Positions 34,892-47,388 of a stretch of DNA of 64,000 bases are shown here, one piece after another (the stretch's first letter is position 1; each line of letters begins with the position of its first letter). Source of the stretch: SAR324 cluster bacterium (lineage in GTDB: Bacteria; SAR324; XYD2-FULL-50-16); NCBI GenBank assembly GCA_028282885.1, contig JANQGX010000006.1:91956-155955 (forward strand), written 5' to 3'. The notes beneath the pieces were generated by a model. The model was not told the origin of the DNA and did not search any database. It saw only the letters and a list, made by a program, of their open reading frames with translations. The translations under genes and the position numbers were made by a program.

Positions 34892-37800
34892 TCAGATGGC
34901 TGTCTGAAGCGAATCAGTGTCGATGGAATTGAAGTCCACGGAGACGATTTTGGAGATGCCGGGCTCTTCCATCGTGATACCAAACAGGGCATCTCCGATC
35001 TCCATGGTTTTTTTGTTGTGGGTGATGATGATGAACTGAGAGTTCTCGGTCAGGACTGTTACATGCTTATTGAACCGGACGTTGTTTGCATCATCAAGTG
35101 GTGCATCCACCTCGTCCAGCAGGCAGAAAGGACTTGGTTTGATCATGAAGACCGCGAAAATGAGCGCGATAGCTGTTAAAGCCTTCTCACCACCGCTCAG
35201 GAGTGTCATGTTCTGCAGCTTTTTTCCCGGAGGTTGTGCGATGATATCCACCCCCGATTCAAGCAGATCCGCTTCATTAGTCAGTCTTAGATAGGCCTCC
35301 CCACCTCCAAAAAGCTGGGGAAATAGTTTGCTGAATTCTTCATTGACCCTGATAAATGTTGATTTGAAGCGTTTTCTGGACTCCTGGTTGATCTTGGTAA
35401 TAGAAGCTTCCAGGGCTTCCATACTTTGAATCAAATCCGATGATTGCGTATCCAGGAAGTTCAGCCTTTCTTTCAGGGTTTCATATTCGGCTTTTGCGGC
35501 AAGATTAATATCCTCCATGCCACCGATTTTCTTTTTGAGTTGATTAATATTTTCAGTCTCTTCTTCAATGTTGAACTCCTTGACATTGAAGGTTCTGATC
35601 AGATCTTCTGGTTTCAGGGAGTCTTCAGCAAAGAGGTTGTCTTCTATATTTTTAGCTTCCTGGAGGAGCTGGGCCAGTCTGATTTCCAGTTTATGATCTT
35701 TCTCTTTTAGACCGGAAGAGGTCTGAATCTCCTTTTTAATGGATTCTGCCAGCTCCATCTGCTGGTTGCGGCTGGCTTCAATCCGATCAGACATGGAATT
35801 CTGCTCTTTTTCCATCTCGCTCAATTCTTCCAGCATTCGGGGAAGTCTGGATTCAGCTTCTTTGAGCGAGGAATGGGTTGCTTCTCTTCTGCCGTCTGTT
35901 TCAAGAGATCTTTTTACGATCTCCTCTTTTTGGGTTTTTCGATCCAGGATATCCTGATTCAGTCTTTTCAAACTGCTGTTGTTACTTTGTTGTTTCTCCT
36001 TCAATCCGGCCAGAACCACTTGCAGGTGCTGGAGTTCATTGGAACTCTCCTCCAGACTGGATTCCGTTTTTTCGATTTGGCCCTGAAGGTCCCGGCGAAC
36101 CCTTCGAATCGTTTCACTTGTCTGCTCATTTTCAGTGATGGACTGGGAAAGGCTTTTGATTTTCTCTTCGAATTGCGTTCTTTGCTGAATCAATTGGATC
36201 TGCTCGTTTGACATATTTTCACGAGCCTTTTCAATCCTCTGCTTCTCTTCCGACTTGTTATCAAACTCCTTCTCCAGGGAGACCAGTTCGAGATCCAGAT
36301 CAACCAGATCCTGTTTCGAAATCATCAGTAATCTTGAAACCTCGTCCGCGGTATCTGACACTTCCTGTAGTTGATCATTCAGGGTTCTCATCTGCTTGGT
36401 CAGATCCGAATTTGTCTGGTTCAGTGTTGCTATCTCATTGCGTCTGTTAATCAGGGTTTCCGCCAGATTCGCACTGCCAGGTTTCCCGACAAGGAATATG
36501 CCGGCCCTGGTCATCACTGTTGCTTCCGAGTCGATTAATCCGTCTGCTTTTGAGAGGGCGTTCTTTGACAATTTGTAAATGGGGCCGTCCAGTGTTTCGA
36601 AATGATCAATGAACGGGAAGGATCCGTTTTTTTCGGAATTAATTGAAATCAGGGAATTGAGACTGGAGTCTGCCGAATTTGCCCCTTGCTTTTGCAGGTC
36701 GAGGAAGGCCAGTTGAAATTGTTCAAAACTCTCCTCGCCGGCCAGATTAATGATATCTTCCAGTTTAGAGACCGATTGAAACACCAGCAGGTTGAAATAG
36801 CGGTTTAAAAACGCCGCTGCAGTGGGAGGGATCTCTTCGGGGAGCATTGCCAACTCAACCAGTGAACCCAAAAATCCCAGTTTATCCGCCTGTTTTTCGT
36901 TCTCTTTGAAAAAGTCCAGGATACTCCTGGTGGCGTTATCGTATTCCTCATGACTTAGAATGATCTCCTCAAGGGACCTGACCCTGTTTTCATTTCGATT
37001 GATCTCCTCTTTGGCGGAAGCAGTTTTCCTTTTGAGTTCATTCAACAGCTCATCTTTTTCATCTTTCTGATCCGAATAGCTTTCAATGGTCTCCGTAAGC
37101 TTTTCCTTCTTTTTTCTTTTTTTCTCAAGTTCTGCGGAGAGTTTTTCCCAGGTTGCCAACGACTCTTCCTCTTCCAGGGTGAGATCGTTCTGATTTTCGG
37201 ATAGTTGGGCTGTTTTCTCTTTTACTTCCTTTAATCGCTCCTGCAACTGATCCAGTTGAGTTTTGTCTCCAACCGCTGTTTTTACGGCTTCAACCTCTTT
37301 ATCCTGCAGGTTTTTTAATCGAACCTGCTGGTTGCTCAGCTCCGATTGTCCGGATTGCACAACTTCATTAAGTTGATCCAGGAGCCGGCTCTTCTCATCG
37401 ATCTCGCCGTTCAGTGATTTGTTTTCCGTTTGGTACGTCTGCAACTGATATTCAACGGTTTTGATCTGCTTATCGATGAGATCGATCTCTTCGCTGTTTT
37501 TCTTCTCCCATTCATCCAGGTTTTCAAGGGTGATCTTATCGGATTCCAACTTGCTCTCCAGCTTGATCACCTCCTCTTTTTTTTCCTGGATCGACCTTTT
37601 ATACTCTTCCAGCTCGGCCCTGTCTTTCGTGATTTCGAGATTTAAAGCAGATTCCTTTGCCTCCAGACTCGAAATTTGTACCTTTAGATCATTTCTCTGG
37701 CGGGTAGCGTCATCTCTTTTTTTAGTAACCCTGTCTGCTTGCTCTTTCAGTTTGTGCCACTTTTTGGCAGAAATACAGTTTTGCAGTCTTTCCAGTCTGG

Positions 37801-38470
37801 ATTTGGCCGTCAGATATTCCTCCGCTCTTTCCACCTGCACCACCAGAGTCTCTTCCTGCCGCTTTAGTTCCGCCAGTACATCTTCAACCCTGAGCAAATT
37901 CTGTTTGGTCGCCTCAAACTTTCTTTCCGCTTCTTTTCTTTTGGTTTTGAATTTGACAATTCCTGCAGCCTCATCGATGATCATCCTCCTGTCTTCCGCC
38001 CGGCTTGTGATGATCTGGTCAATCTTTCCCTGTTCGATGATGGAGTACCCCTTACCGCCAATACCCGTATCCATGAAGAGTTCCCGGATATCTGTCAGGC
38101 GACAGGGTGTTTTGTTGATCAGATATTGGCTTTCTCCACTGCGGTAAAGTCTCCTGGTCACCGAAATCTCGGTGAACTCGGCATACCGGGGAATGGTATC
38201 GCTTTCAGGATTGGTAAAGACAAGGGTGACCTGGGCTACGCTCACCGGTTGACGGGTACTGCTACCGCTGAATATCACATCCTCCATGCTTCCGCCGCGG
38301 AGATGTTTCGCACTTTGCTCTCCAAGGGTCCAGCGAATGGCATCCACGATATTGCTTTTGCCGCAACCGTTCGGTCCAACAACAATGGAGATCCCGTTTT
38401 GGACAAAATTGATAATCGTTTTATCGCAAAACGACTTAAAACCAGATGCTTCTAATCGAAGGAGTCGCAT
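34892..38470 (-). CDS. smc: chromosome partition protein SMC
   Basis: 1192 aa. N-terminal head FKSF..GPNGCGKSNIVDAIRWTLGEQS, long Glu/Lys coiled coils with a hinge, and a C-terminal LSGGEK..LLDEVDAPLD. Confidence 0.95.
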   Translation of the reverse strand: MRLLRLEASGFKSFCDKTIINFVQNGISIVVGPNGCGKSNIVDAIRWTLGEQSAKHLRGGSMEDVIFSGSSTRQPVSVAQVTLVFTNPESDTIPRYAEFTEISVTRRLYRSGESQYLINKTPCRLTDIRELFMDTGIGGKGYSIIEQGKIDQIITSRAEDRRMIIDEAAGIVKFKTKRKEAERKFEATKQNLLRVEDVLAELKRQEETLVVQVERAEEYLTAKSRLERLQNCISAKKWHKLKEQADRVTKKRDDATRQRNDLKVQISSLEAKESALNLEITKDRAELEEYKRSIQEKKEEVIKLESKLESDKITLENLDEWEKKNSEEIDLIDKQIKTVEYQLQTYQTENKSLNGEIDEKSRLLDQLNEVVQSGQSELSNQQVRLKNLQDKEVEAVKTAVGDKTQLDQLQERLKEVKEKTAQLSENQNDLTLEEEESLATWEKLSAELEKKRKKKEKLTETIESYSDQKDEKDELLNELKRKTASAKEEINRNENRVRSLEEIILSHEEYDNATRSILDFFKENEKQADKLGFLGSLVELAMLPEEIPPTAAAFLNRYFNLLVFQSVSKLEDIINLAGEESFEQFQLAFLDLQKQGANSADSSLNSLISINSEKNGSFPFIDHFETLDGPIYKLSKNALSKADGLIDSEATVMTRAGIFLVGKPGSANLAETLINRRNEIATLNQTNSDLTKQMRTLNDQLQEVSDTADEVSRLLMISKQDLVDLDLELVSLEKEFDNKSEEKQRIEKARENMSNEQIQLIQQRTQFEEKIKSLSQSITENEQTSETIRRVRRDLQGQIEKTESSLEESSNELQHLQVVLAGLKEKQQSNNSSLKRLNQDILDRKTQKEEIVKRSLETDGRREATHSSLKEAESRLPRMLEELSEMEKEQNSMSDRIEASRNQQMELAESIKKEIQTSSGLKEKDHKLEIRLAQLLQEAKNIEDNLFAEDSLKPEDLIRTFNVKEFNIEEETENINQLKKKIGGMEDINLAAKAEYETLKERLNFLDTQSSDLIQSMEALEASITKINQESRKRFKSTFIRVNEEFSKLFPQLFGGGEAYLRLTNEADLLESGVDIIAQPPGKKLQNMTLLSGGEKALTAIALIFAVFMIKPSPFCLLDEVDAPLDDANNVRFNKHVTVLTENSQFIIITHNKKTMEIGDALFGITMEEPGISKIVSVDFNSIDTDSLQTAI

Positions 38471-38488
38471 GGATGGTGGGTCGCAATC

Positions 38489-39208
38489 TTAGAGTGTGAA
38501 ATTTTCTCCCAGGTAAACCTTCCTGGCGAGTTCGTTGTTGACGATATATTCGGGAGTCCCGTCAACCAGGATTTCTCCCTCGTTCATAATATAGGCTCGA
38601 TCGGTAATGCCAAGGGTTTCCCGAACATTGTGGTCGGTGATTAATATACCAATGTTGCGACCGGCCAATTCACTGATGACTTCCTGAATGTCGATAACCG
38701 CAATAGGATCGACTCCTGCAAAGGGTTCATCCAGCAGCATAAAGTTGGGTTCGGTTGCCAGGGCCCGTGCAATTTCAACCCTTCTCCTTTCTCCTCCGGA
38801 TAGAGAGAATCCTTTATTTTTTCTCAAATGCTTGATTCTTAAGTCATCCAACAGGCTGTCCACTTTTCTGGATTGCTCAGTTTTTGACATTTTCAGGGTT
38901 TGGAGAACCGATAGCAAGTTCTCTTCAACCGTCATTTTTCGAAACACCGAAGCCTCCTGTGGCAAATATCCGATTCCTTTCCTTGCTCTCTGATACATGG
39001 GGAGTGATGTAATATCCAGCTCATCCACATGGATGCGTCCGGAATTGGGTCGGATGATTCCCACAACCATATAGAAACTGGTGGTTTTACCCGCTCCATT
39101 CGCCCCCAGCAATCCCACAACTTCCCCCCTGGAGATGTGAAAGGAGACATCATTAACCACGGTGCGGTTGTTATATATTTTGACCAGCTTTTCTGTTTTC
39201 AATTCCAT
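38489..39208 (-). CDS. lptB: LPS export ABC transporter ATP-binding protein
   Basis: 239 aa: GLLGANGAGKTT, YLPQEASVFRKMTVEEN, LSGGERRRVEIARAL. Confidence 0.85.
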   Translation of the reverse strand: MELKTEKLVKIYNNRTVVNDVSFHISRGEVVGLLGANGAGKTTSFYMVVGIIRPNSGRIHVDELDITSLPMYQRARKGIGYLPQEASVFRKMTVEENLLSVLQTLKMSKTEQSRKVDSLLDDLRIKHLRKNKGFSLSGGERRRVEIARALATEPNFMLLDEPFAGVDPIAVIDIQEVISELAGRNIGILITDHNVRETLGITDRAYIMNEGEILVDGTPEYIVNNELARKVYLGENFTL

Positions 39209-39434
39209 GGGGAAACATCAACAAGGTTGAGTGCTGCCGTGTATGCAAATCTATCTTGATATCTCCTATTCAGACGGTGACGTCAACCAAAATTCCGGAG
39301 ACGATTCAAAAATCAGTTACCTGAAACAGCGTTGTCAGTAGACCATGGTCTGGCAGTTCAATAGTGGGAAAGCAACAAGAGAAATGGCGTTAATCGACCC
39401 GTAGAAAACCGAAAAAAGCGGGTTCAGGCAGGAT

Positions 39435-39501
39435 GAGGTGGAGATGGTATATCTTCACCTCGTTATCCGGTACCGTCTCCCCGATTTGGATCAGGGAGAC
39501 G
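39435..39501 (-). terminator. two tandem hairpins after the isocitrate dehydrogenase gene
   Basis: CGTCTCCC (39474-39481) pairs with GGGAGACG (39494-39501). GAGGTGGAGAT (39435-39445) pairs with ATCTTCACCTC (39451-39461), with one G:U pair. Neither hairpin has a classical U-tract. Confidence 0.4.
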
Positions 39502-39524
39502 AAATTATTGAACATCCAAAAATT

Positions 39525-41780
<2,256 letters not shown>

Positions 41781-42034
41781 TTATTAGATTAAAAACCATG
41801 AATATAAGCTTGAAAACTGGTTACTTCACTTCATTCGGAATAGGGCTTCCCTGTCCCGAATACCAACTGCAAACTCATCATTATTCACACTCCGGGGACG
41901 GATTTTTCAAGGTAAGTCCTCCAGTTTCTTACCTCCCGAAAAGTGGCCCTGGAAATGTTTATAGTAAGACTCAGTATCTATTATCCGCTGGGCGTTGGCT
42001 TTGAGTTAAATCAATATTTCCAGCCAAATGAAGG

Positions 42035-42739
42035 TCAGTCGCCCCAGACCAGGTAGGGTTTATGTTGAAGAAAATCAGTAGCGATCAGCCTGAAGTCGAT
42101 ACCGTCTATTTTTCCCTGGGGAACGCACTCCCATTCATGCGCCAGATGAAAATGACCGAAGGTACAGGTGCTGACGGGATACCTGGTGATAAGTTCGAAA
42201 AAGGGGGTTTCGAGACCTGTTGTAGTGAAGGGGGGGAAATGGAGAAGCAGGTGAAGTCCGTTTTTCGGATCAAGCTGTTCTGCTGCCTGCAAGGCTTCAT
42301 CCAAAAGAGCCAGTTCCTTCCGGAAGAAGTTCATATCCAGGCTGTCGAATGAGGGGTCATTCGGAGCGAGCCATCCCATCGTACCGCAAATAACATGCCC
42401 ATCGGTTTCAATGGCATTTCCGGAGAGGGGAATCATCGATTGAGGCATCGCTTTGTTGACGTCATTAAGGGTTTTCCACCAGACGTCATGATTTCCTTTT
42501 ACGATGAACTTCTGTTTTCCCGGCAAGTCATTGAGAAGGTTTATATCGATCATGGCCCTGGAGAGATCGGTTGCCCAGGTTGTGTCGCCCCCGATCAGAA
42601 CAGTGTCCTGGTTACTCACGGTGGAATGCCAGTTTTCGATAATCTTCTCCCGATGCTTTTCCCAGACAGAACCGTAACAGGCCATGGTATTGACCCTGTT
42701 TTCAGCCAGGTGTGTGTCTGCAATCCCCCAAATCTTCAT
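42035..42739 (-). CDS. metallophosphoesterase
   Basis: WGIADTHL, GGDTTWA and KGNHD motifs. The start was set to the internal ATG (MKIWGIADTHL), which leaves a 20-nt gap to asnS. Confidence 0.75.
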   Translation of the reverse strand: MKIWGIADTHLAENRVNTMACYGSVWEKHREKIIENWHSTVSNQDTVLIGGDTTWATDLSRAMIDINLLNDLPGKQKFIVKGNHDVWWKTLNDVNKAMPQSMIPLSGNAIETDGHVICGTMGWLAPNDPSFDSLDMNFFRKELALLDEALQAAEQLDPKNGLHLLLHFPPFTTTGLETPFFELITRYPVSTCTFGHFHLAHEWECVPQGKIDGIDFRLIATDFLQHKPYLVWGD

Positions 42740-42759
42740 CGGTTCTCCGCTTGTATGTG

Positions 42760-44064
42760 CTAAGGTGTTAACCTTTCCATTAATCTCGGGAAAGGAATGG
42801 TCTCTCTTACATGAGGAACGCCGCAGATCCAGCCGACCAGCCTTTCCACACCCAGGCCGAATCCTGAATGAATGACCGTTCCGAATTTTCGCAGATCCAG
42901 GTACCACTCATAATTTTCCACCGGGAGCTGCTCTTCCTTGATTCGGGCCAGCAGTTTGTCATGAGAATCTTCTCTTTGGCTTCCCCCGATAATCTCTCCA
43001 AAACCTTCGGGGGCCAACAAGTCGGAACATTTTACTGTTCTCGGATCCTCTTCATTTTCCTTCATGTAGAATGCCTTCACCTGTTTCGGATAATCGTAGA
43101 CAAAGGCAGGCACGGTTGAATCTTCGGTGAGCAGAGTTTCTTCTCCGGCTCCCAGGTCTTCACCCCATTCAATGTTGCTTCCTTTTGCCTTCAGAAAATC
43201 GATGGCTTCTGAGTAACTGTAGCGTTTGAAGGGCGACAGGATTTTCCTTAAAACATCGGGATCTCTTTCCAGTTGTTGCAGATACCACTCACAATGATTA
43301 AGAACTTCCTCTACGACGAATCGGATCAGATCCTCTTGAAAATCCATATTGTCATCATTGTCGAAAAAAGCCATTTCCGCTTCCATCATCCAGAATTCAG
43401 TGAGATGTCTGCGGGTTTTGGACTTCTCAGCCCGGAATGTGGGACCAAAGCAGAAAACATTGGCATGAGCGGCAATACTGGCTTCCAGGTAAAGTTGACC
43501 CGTTTGCGCCAGGTAGGCTGTTCCCATGTCAAAGTAATCAACTCCAAAAAGACCTGCCGGATCTTCCCCCACACTGCGGGTCAGGATAGGAGAATCCATC
43601 TGAATAAAATGATGCTTGAATAGAAAATCGCGAATGGCCTGAATAATCCTGCTACGAATTTGAAACAAGGCAACCTGTTTTTTTGACCTCAGCCAGAGAT
43701 GGCGATTTGATAAGAGATAGTCAATTCCGTGCTCTTTGGGCGTGATGGGATATTGATCCGATTTTCCCAGGATTTCCACAGATTTAATCAATAGCTCTAT
43801 TTTGTATTGAGATTGTTTGCTTTCCTGTACCACTCCGGTGATCCGAACACTGCATTCCTGTCTCAAATCCTTGAACAGCTCGAAAGCAGCTTCTTCGGTT
43901 TCCCCTTTTACCATGACCCCCTGGATGATGCTTGATCCATCTCTGATTCCCAGGAAGCGGATTTTACCCGATTTTCGGGTAAACTGAATCCAGCCGCAGA
44001 TGGTGTGAGTTTCACCTGTTTTACCGACAAGATCCCTGATGTACATTCGTTCATTCCAGCGCAT
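42760..44064 (-). CDS. asnS: asparagine--tRNA ligase
   Basis: Class II motifs, including FRAEKSKTRRHLTEFWMMEAE and GFGLGVERL. The start is uncertain: ATG 44064 is chosen, with alternatives at 44046 and 44172. Confidence 0.85.
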   Translation of the reverse strand: MRWNERMYIRDLVGKTGETHTICGWIQFTRKSGKIRFLGIRDGSSIIQGVMVKGETEEAAFELFKDLRQECSVRITGVVQESKQSQYKIELLIKSVEILGKSDQYPITPKEHGIDYLLSNRHLWLRSKKQVALFQIRSRIIQAIRDFLFKHHFIQMDSPILTRSVGEDPAGLFGVDYFDMGTAYLAQTGQLYLEASIAAHANVFCFGPTFRAEKSKTRRHLTEFWMMEAEMAFFDNDDNMDFQEDLIRFVVEEVLNHCEWYLQQLERDPDVLRKILSPFKRYSYSEAIDFLKAKGSNIEWGEDLGAGEETLLTEDSTVPAFVYDYPKQVKAFYMKENEEDPRTVKCSDLLAPEGFGEIIGGSQREDSHDKLLARIKEEQLPVENYEWYLDLRKFGTVIHSGFGLGVERLVGWICGVPHVRETIPFPRLMERLTP

Positions 44065-44614
44065 AGTATTTCCCGCAAGGTTTTCAATATGTGCTCTATC
44101 TGCACTAAATTTATAGATCTGTTTGCCCCATCCAAGATGTGTCATCATTAAAGGGCATTCGGCTTCGAACACAGATTTTGTATTCCTTATTGTTCAAACT
44201 TTAAATCTAGAGTTTATGACGTCAAAAGTAAAATCAAAACTCGGCGATAACACCAGAACTCATCATGATTCCTCCTCCTTAGAGAAGAGAATCGCTATTT
44301 TTTAACCTATAGTTACGCCAAGATTTTATGAAATCCCGGGAAGACTGTAATCCGATTCCGGTTGACCAGTTTCCACCGGAAAAGCAACCAGTAGTGATTT
44401 GTGGGGTTTTAACAGCTTGTGGGGCTGTGCAGGCAAGGAAAACAAAAAATAAAAACAAATGCCCTCAGCTTAAACTTCATGCGCCAGACCTGAATCAGAT
44501 TTAAAGGAAGCACCAAATATGCGACCGGATATGAAACAGGTGCTGAAACGACTATGGGAGAACGGTTGACAGGATTGGAGGTTGGTTTGCTCCCTGTAAG
44601 CTGGCATGTTGAAG

Positions 44615-45286
44615 TTACCAGGCTACCTGGAGGTGTTCCAGGACATCAATGGTTGCCGACTCAATGCGACTGTCGTCGTCCAGATTTTGATTCAGCCGGA
44701 TAATATCCTGGTCTGGTCCGGAAACATAAAATACCGTGTTGATGTGGGAAAACTTTCTATTTATCGCAAGATTGAATTCTTTCGCGATATTATCTGCTTC
44801 ATTGATGTCAATTAGCTTTACCGCCAGCAATCCTGTGACAATAGCCAGATTTCCCGTGCGGTTGTTTAGAACAACGGGATAAAGGGTTTCTGCAAAAAGA
44901 TTCTGGCTGGACATTGTCAGGTTTTCGACTGTCAATCCGGATTGGTAAATCTTAAAAGGCCCTTTCTCTTTTACCAGGATTGCGGCTTTTTCGTTACTTA
45001 TTGAGCCAAGCAGTCCGGTTGAGGATCGAGATGAAAGTTTCTTAGCGTTCACCGAGTAAAGCTCGGGAAGAAACTGATAGGTCTCAGATCCGGATTGAAA
45101 TGAAACGCCTTTCTTAAACGCAGAATAATCGGTTTTGGCTGCATTGGACTCAAGCTCAGTCTTCGAAACACCTGTGTCCGATTTGCGGGGTGAGTTCCCG
45201 ATAAGGTCGGGTTTACCAGCCATAACACTTTGATGAGGAACTGCAATCAGTAAAAGTATCACTATTAAGGGGATCTGTATTTTCAT
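44615..45286 (-). CDS. secreted hypothetical protein; the C-terminal 75 aa or so resemble a subtilase I9 prodomain pattern
   Basis: Signal peptide MKIQIPLIVILLLIAVPHQSVMA. The C-terminal segment is LLAVKLIDINEADNIAKEFNLAINRKFSHINTVFYVSGPDQDIIRLNQNLDDDSRIESATIDV. It lies 61 nt downstream of the protease gene on the same strand. Confidence 0.55.
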   Translation of the reverse strand: MKIQIPLIVILLLIAVPHQSVMAGKPDLIGNSPRKSDTGVSKTELESNAAKTDYSAFKKGVSFQSGSETYQFLPELYSVNAKKLSSRSSTGLLGSISNEKAAILVKEKGPFKIYQSGLTVENLTMSSQNLFAETLYPVVLNNRTGNLAIVTGLLAVKLIDINEADNIAKEFNLAINRKFSHINTVFYVSGPDQDIIRLNQNLDDDSRIESATIDVLEHLQVAW

Positions 45287-45347
45287 AAGTTTCTCTTCTC
45301 AGGGCTGTTGTTCAGTGAGATATTCTAAGCAATAAATTGCTAAATAT

Positions 45348-47105
45348 TTAATGACCATAGATGAACAGCTTCCAGCCGGTAAGGGTGCCTGTAGATAATT
45401 CGCTGCCATCTACCACTTTCAGAGTCCATGTTCCGGCGCTGCTTTCTCCGTAAAAGGCGTTGGTGAGTAAAGCCATATCAGCCAGGTTGTCCGAACCCGA
45501 GAATCCGTTTCTGATGGTGAACAGAATACTGTCGGTTCCGTCGGGAGAAGTCAGTTCAATGCCCAGATCGCCTGAAAAGGGATGTGTAATGGTAACCTTT
45601 ATCTGTACGGCTTCAATAGTCAGGTTATCGGTAATATCAAGGGTAGTGGTCACCCCATCCTTGTCATTGTCAGGAATCGCAAGACTAAGACCACTTTCGC
45701 TATTGGCAGTTGAGGCCCAGGTTTCCAGGGCAGAGGTGTATGATTTTGCCATGGCAACAGCCGCATCCACATCCAGGGCGCCAAAACCGTACCAATTATG
45801 GAATTTGTAACCTGCCGAATTTGTAACCCAGCCCTGGTTTGCTTGATAATCTCCGTTGCCAAGTGTAACCGTGATGCCGGACTGCGACGAATCAACCTGT
45901 CGAGCAGTGGCAGCGAGAATATGTTTTACATCCCTCCAGGACAACTCCGGATTTGCTTCCAGCATCAGGGCAATGCCTCCCACCACTACAGGTGCGGCTG
46001 ATGAGGTCCCGTTGAAGGTTGCCGTGTAGTCACAATTTTCGTTCAATCCGTTGTCATTATGTTCAAAGGAGTTGGCAGCGGTAATATTGGTATTGGCGTA
46101 ACCTTTGCTGCAACCCGACTGGTCGGTGGTAATCAAAGCCGGCTCATATGCTTCGGGAATGAGATTGGGAATCACGGTTTCATCATAGCCGTATTCTCCG
46201 CCCGGGGCGCTGATCCAGATAGCAGACCCTGCAGTCGAGTAGCTCGACCGAACACCTGTTGCATCAATAGCGGCAATATTCAGAATCCACGGGGTTGCAC
46301 CGGTGGGATCCATACTGACATTCTGACAGCTTACACCGGCATTATTGGCTGACGTACAATTGGAATCCGAATCACCAAGACTTTTAAATCCGTTGCCTGC
46401 CGCCTTGACGAATATCGCACCCTTTCCCGAACGTAAATTGGTGACAGCGTCGGACAGATGCGCTTCGAAAGTGGAGTAAATTGAGAAATCATCGGTATTG
46501 ACGGTTCCGTAACTCATGTTGAAAATGTGAACATCCGCAGAGTGGGGATTGGATTCCGATCCGCCGAGAGCAGCTATATGATCACTGAGAGACTGACTGG
46601 ATTCATCATGAATAAAATTGAATCCCTTGAGGGATGCCGAGGGCGCAACACCCCTACCGCCAAAGGAGTTGTCACTGGCCGCAATCAAACCTGCAACACT
46701 GGTCCCGTGATCACCATCCGTCAAATTGTTGGTAGGATTATTATCATCGTTCACAAAATCCCAGGATTCCCCGCTGACCACATTTTCGGTCAGATCATCA
46801 TGGGCGATTTCCAGTCCGCTGTCCACAACAGCGACAATTACTCCTGATCCTTTCAGACCGCTATTGTATGTTACCTCCTGGTTAATGTCTTCATCTGCGG
46901 TTCCAGTTGTGCTGGTGAAGGCGCTCTGGCCTGTATTGCTTAGATGCCACTGGTAACTGTTTAACAGTGTACCCGATCCGCTGCTGTTGCCTTCATCGGA
47001 ATCTCCGTCGTCGCTTTCAGAAGGGCAGCCTGAAAGTATCATCAGTATTCCCAAACCCATTATCATTAACAGCAGTTTTCTTGCTATGGTTTGCTCCATT
47101 GTCAT
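45348..47105 (-). CDS. kexin/furin-like subtilase (S8) lipoprotein with C-terminal P-domain
   Basis: Lipobox LSGC, then an acidic linker. Catalytic triad residues lie in VAVVDSG (Asp), GDHGTSVAG (His) and NGTSSAAPVV (Ser). The C-terminal P-domain signature is THPFSGDLGIELTSPDGT. Confidence 0.85.
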   Translation of the reverse strand: MTMEQTIARKLLLMIMGLGILMILSGCPSESDDGDSDEGNSSGSGTLLNSYQWHLSNTGQSAFTSTTGTADEDINQEVTYNSGLKGSGVIVAVVDSGLEIAHDDLTENVVSGESWDFVNDDNNPTNNLTDGDHGTSVAGLIAASDNSFGGRGVAPSASLKGFNFIHDESSQSLSDHIAALGGSESNPHSADVHIFNMSYGTVNTDDFSIYSTFEAHLSDAVTNLRSGKGAIFVKAAGNGFKSLGDSDSNCTSANNAGVSCQNVSMDPTGATPWILNIAAIDATGVRSSYSTAGSAIWISAPGGEYGYDETVIPNLIPEAYEPALITTDQSGCSKGYANTNITAANSFEHNDNGLNENCDYTATFNGTSSAAPVVVGGIALMLEANPELSWRDVKHILAATARQVDSSQSGITVTLGNGDYQANQGWVTNSAGYKFHNWYGFGALDVDAAVAMAKSYTSALETWASTANSESGLSLAIPDNDKDGVTTTLDITDNLTIEAVQIKVTITHPFSGDLGIELTSPDGTDSILFTIRNGFSGSDNLADMALLTNAFYGESSAGTWTLKVVDGSELSTGTLTGWKLFIYGH

Positions 47106-47388
47106 ACAGTCTTTCCATGAAAGGGCTTCAAATCATCTATCGCCATTACCAATAGGCGGCCATAGTATTTGAAGTAAGATATGTTCGTAGGTGTAATAGC
47201 AAATGCTATGATACAACATTAAATCGATAAAAGGAATAAGTTATAAGAGGTGGGATTGGTAAACACGAAGTAAATATCCCGGGGAGCGCCGGACAGCAAG
47301 TGGAAATATTTCAGGGTATTGTTGCAGTGCGCTAACAGCAAAATCCTTCAATATTCGGACCCGGTTTTTATAACCGAGCATAGCTGAT

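Noticed and set aside
37461-38147. 228-aa Ser/Leu-rich plus-strand ORF, and several similar ones between 35070 and 38492.
   Set aside because: They are antisense shadows of the Glu/Lys/Leu-rich coiled-coil codons of smc. The composition is the mirror image of the real gene.
42740-42907. N-terminal extensions suggested by the ORF track: 42035..42907, 44065..44172, 3745..3807, 11349..11444, 22173..22256 and 5066..5173.
   Set aside because: The extensions overlap the upstream gene or lack similarity to the family N-termini. Internal ATG starts give normal protein lengths and tidy intergenic spacing.
44414-44485. Minus-strand 23-codon ORF (MKFKLRAFVFIFCFPCLHSPTSC), which looks like a truncated lipoprotein signal peptide.
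   Set aside because: It is too short to encode a mature protein and overlaps the equally doubtful plus-strand 58-codon ORF. There is no supporting RBS.
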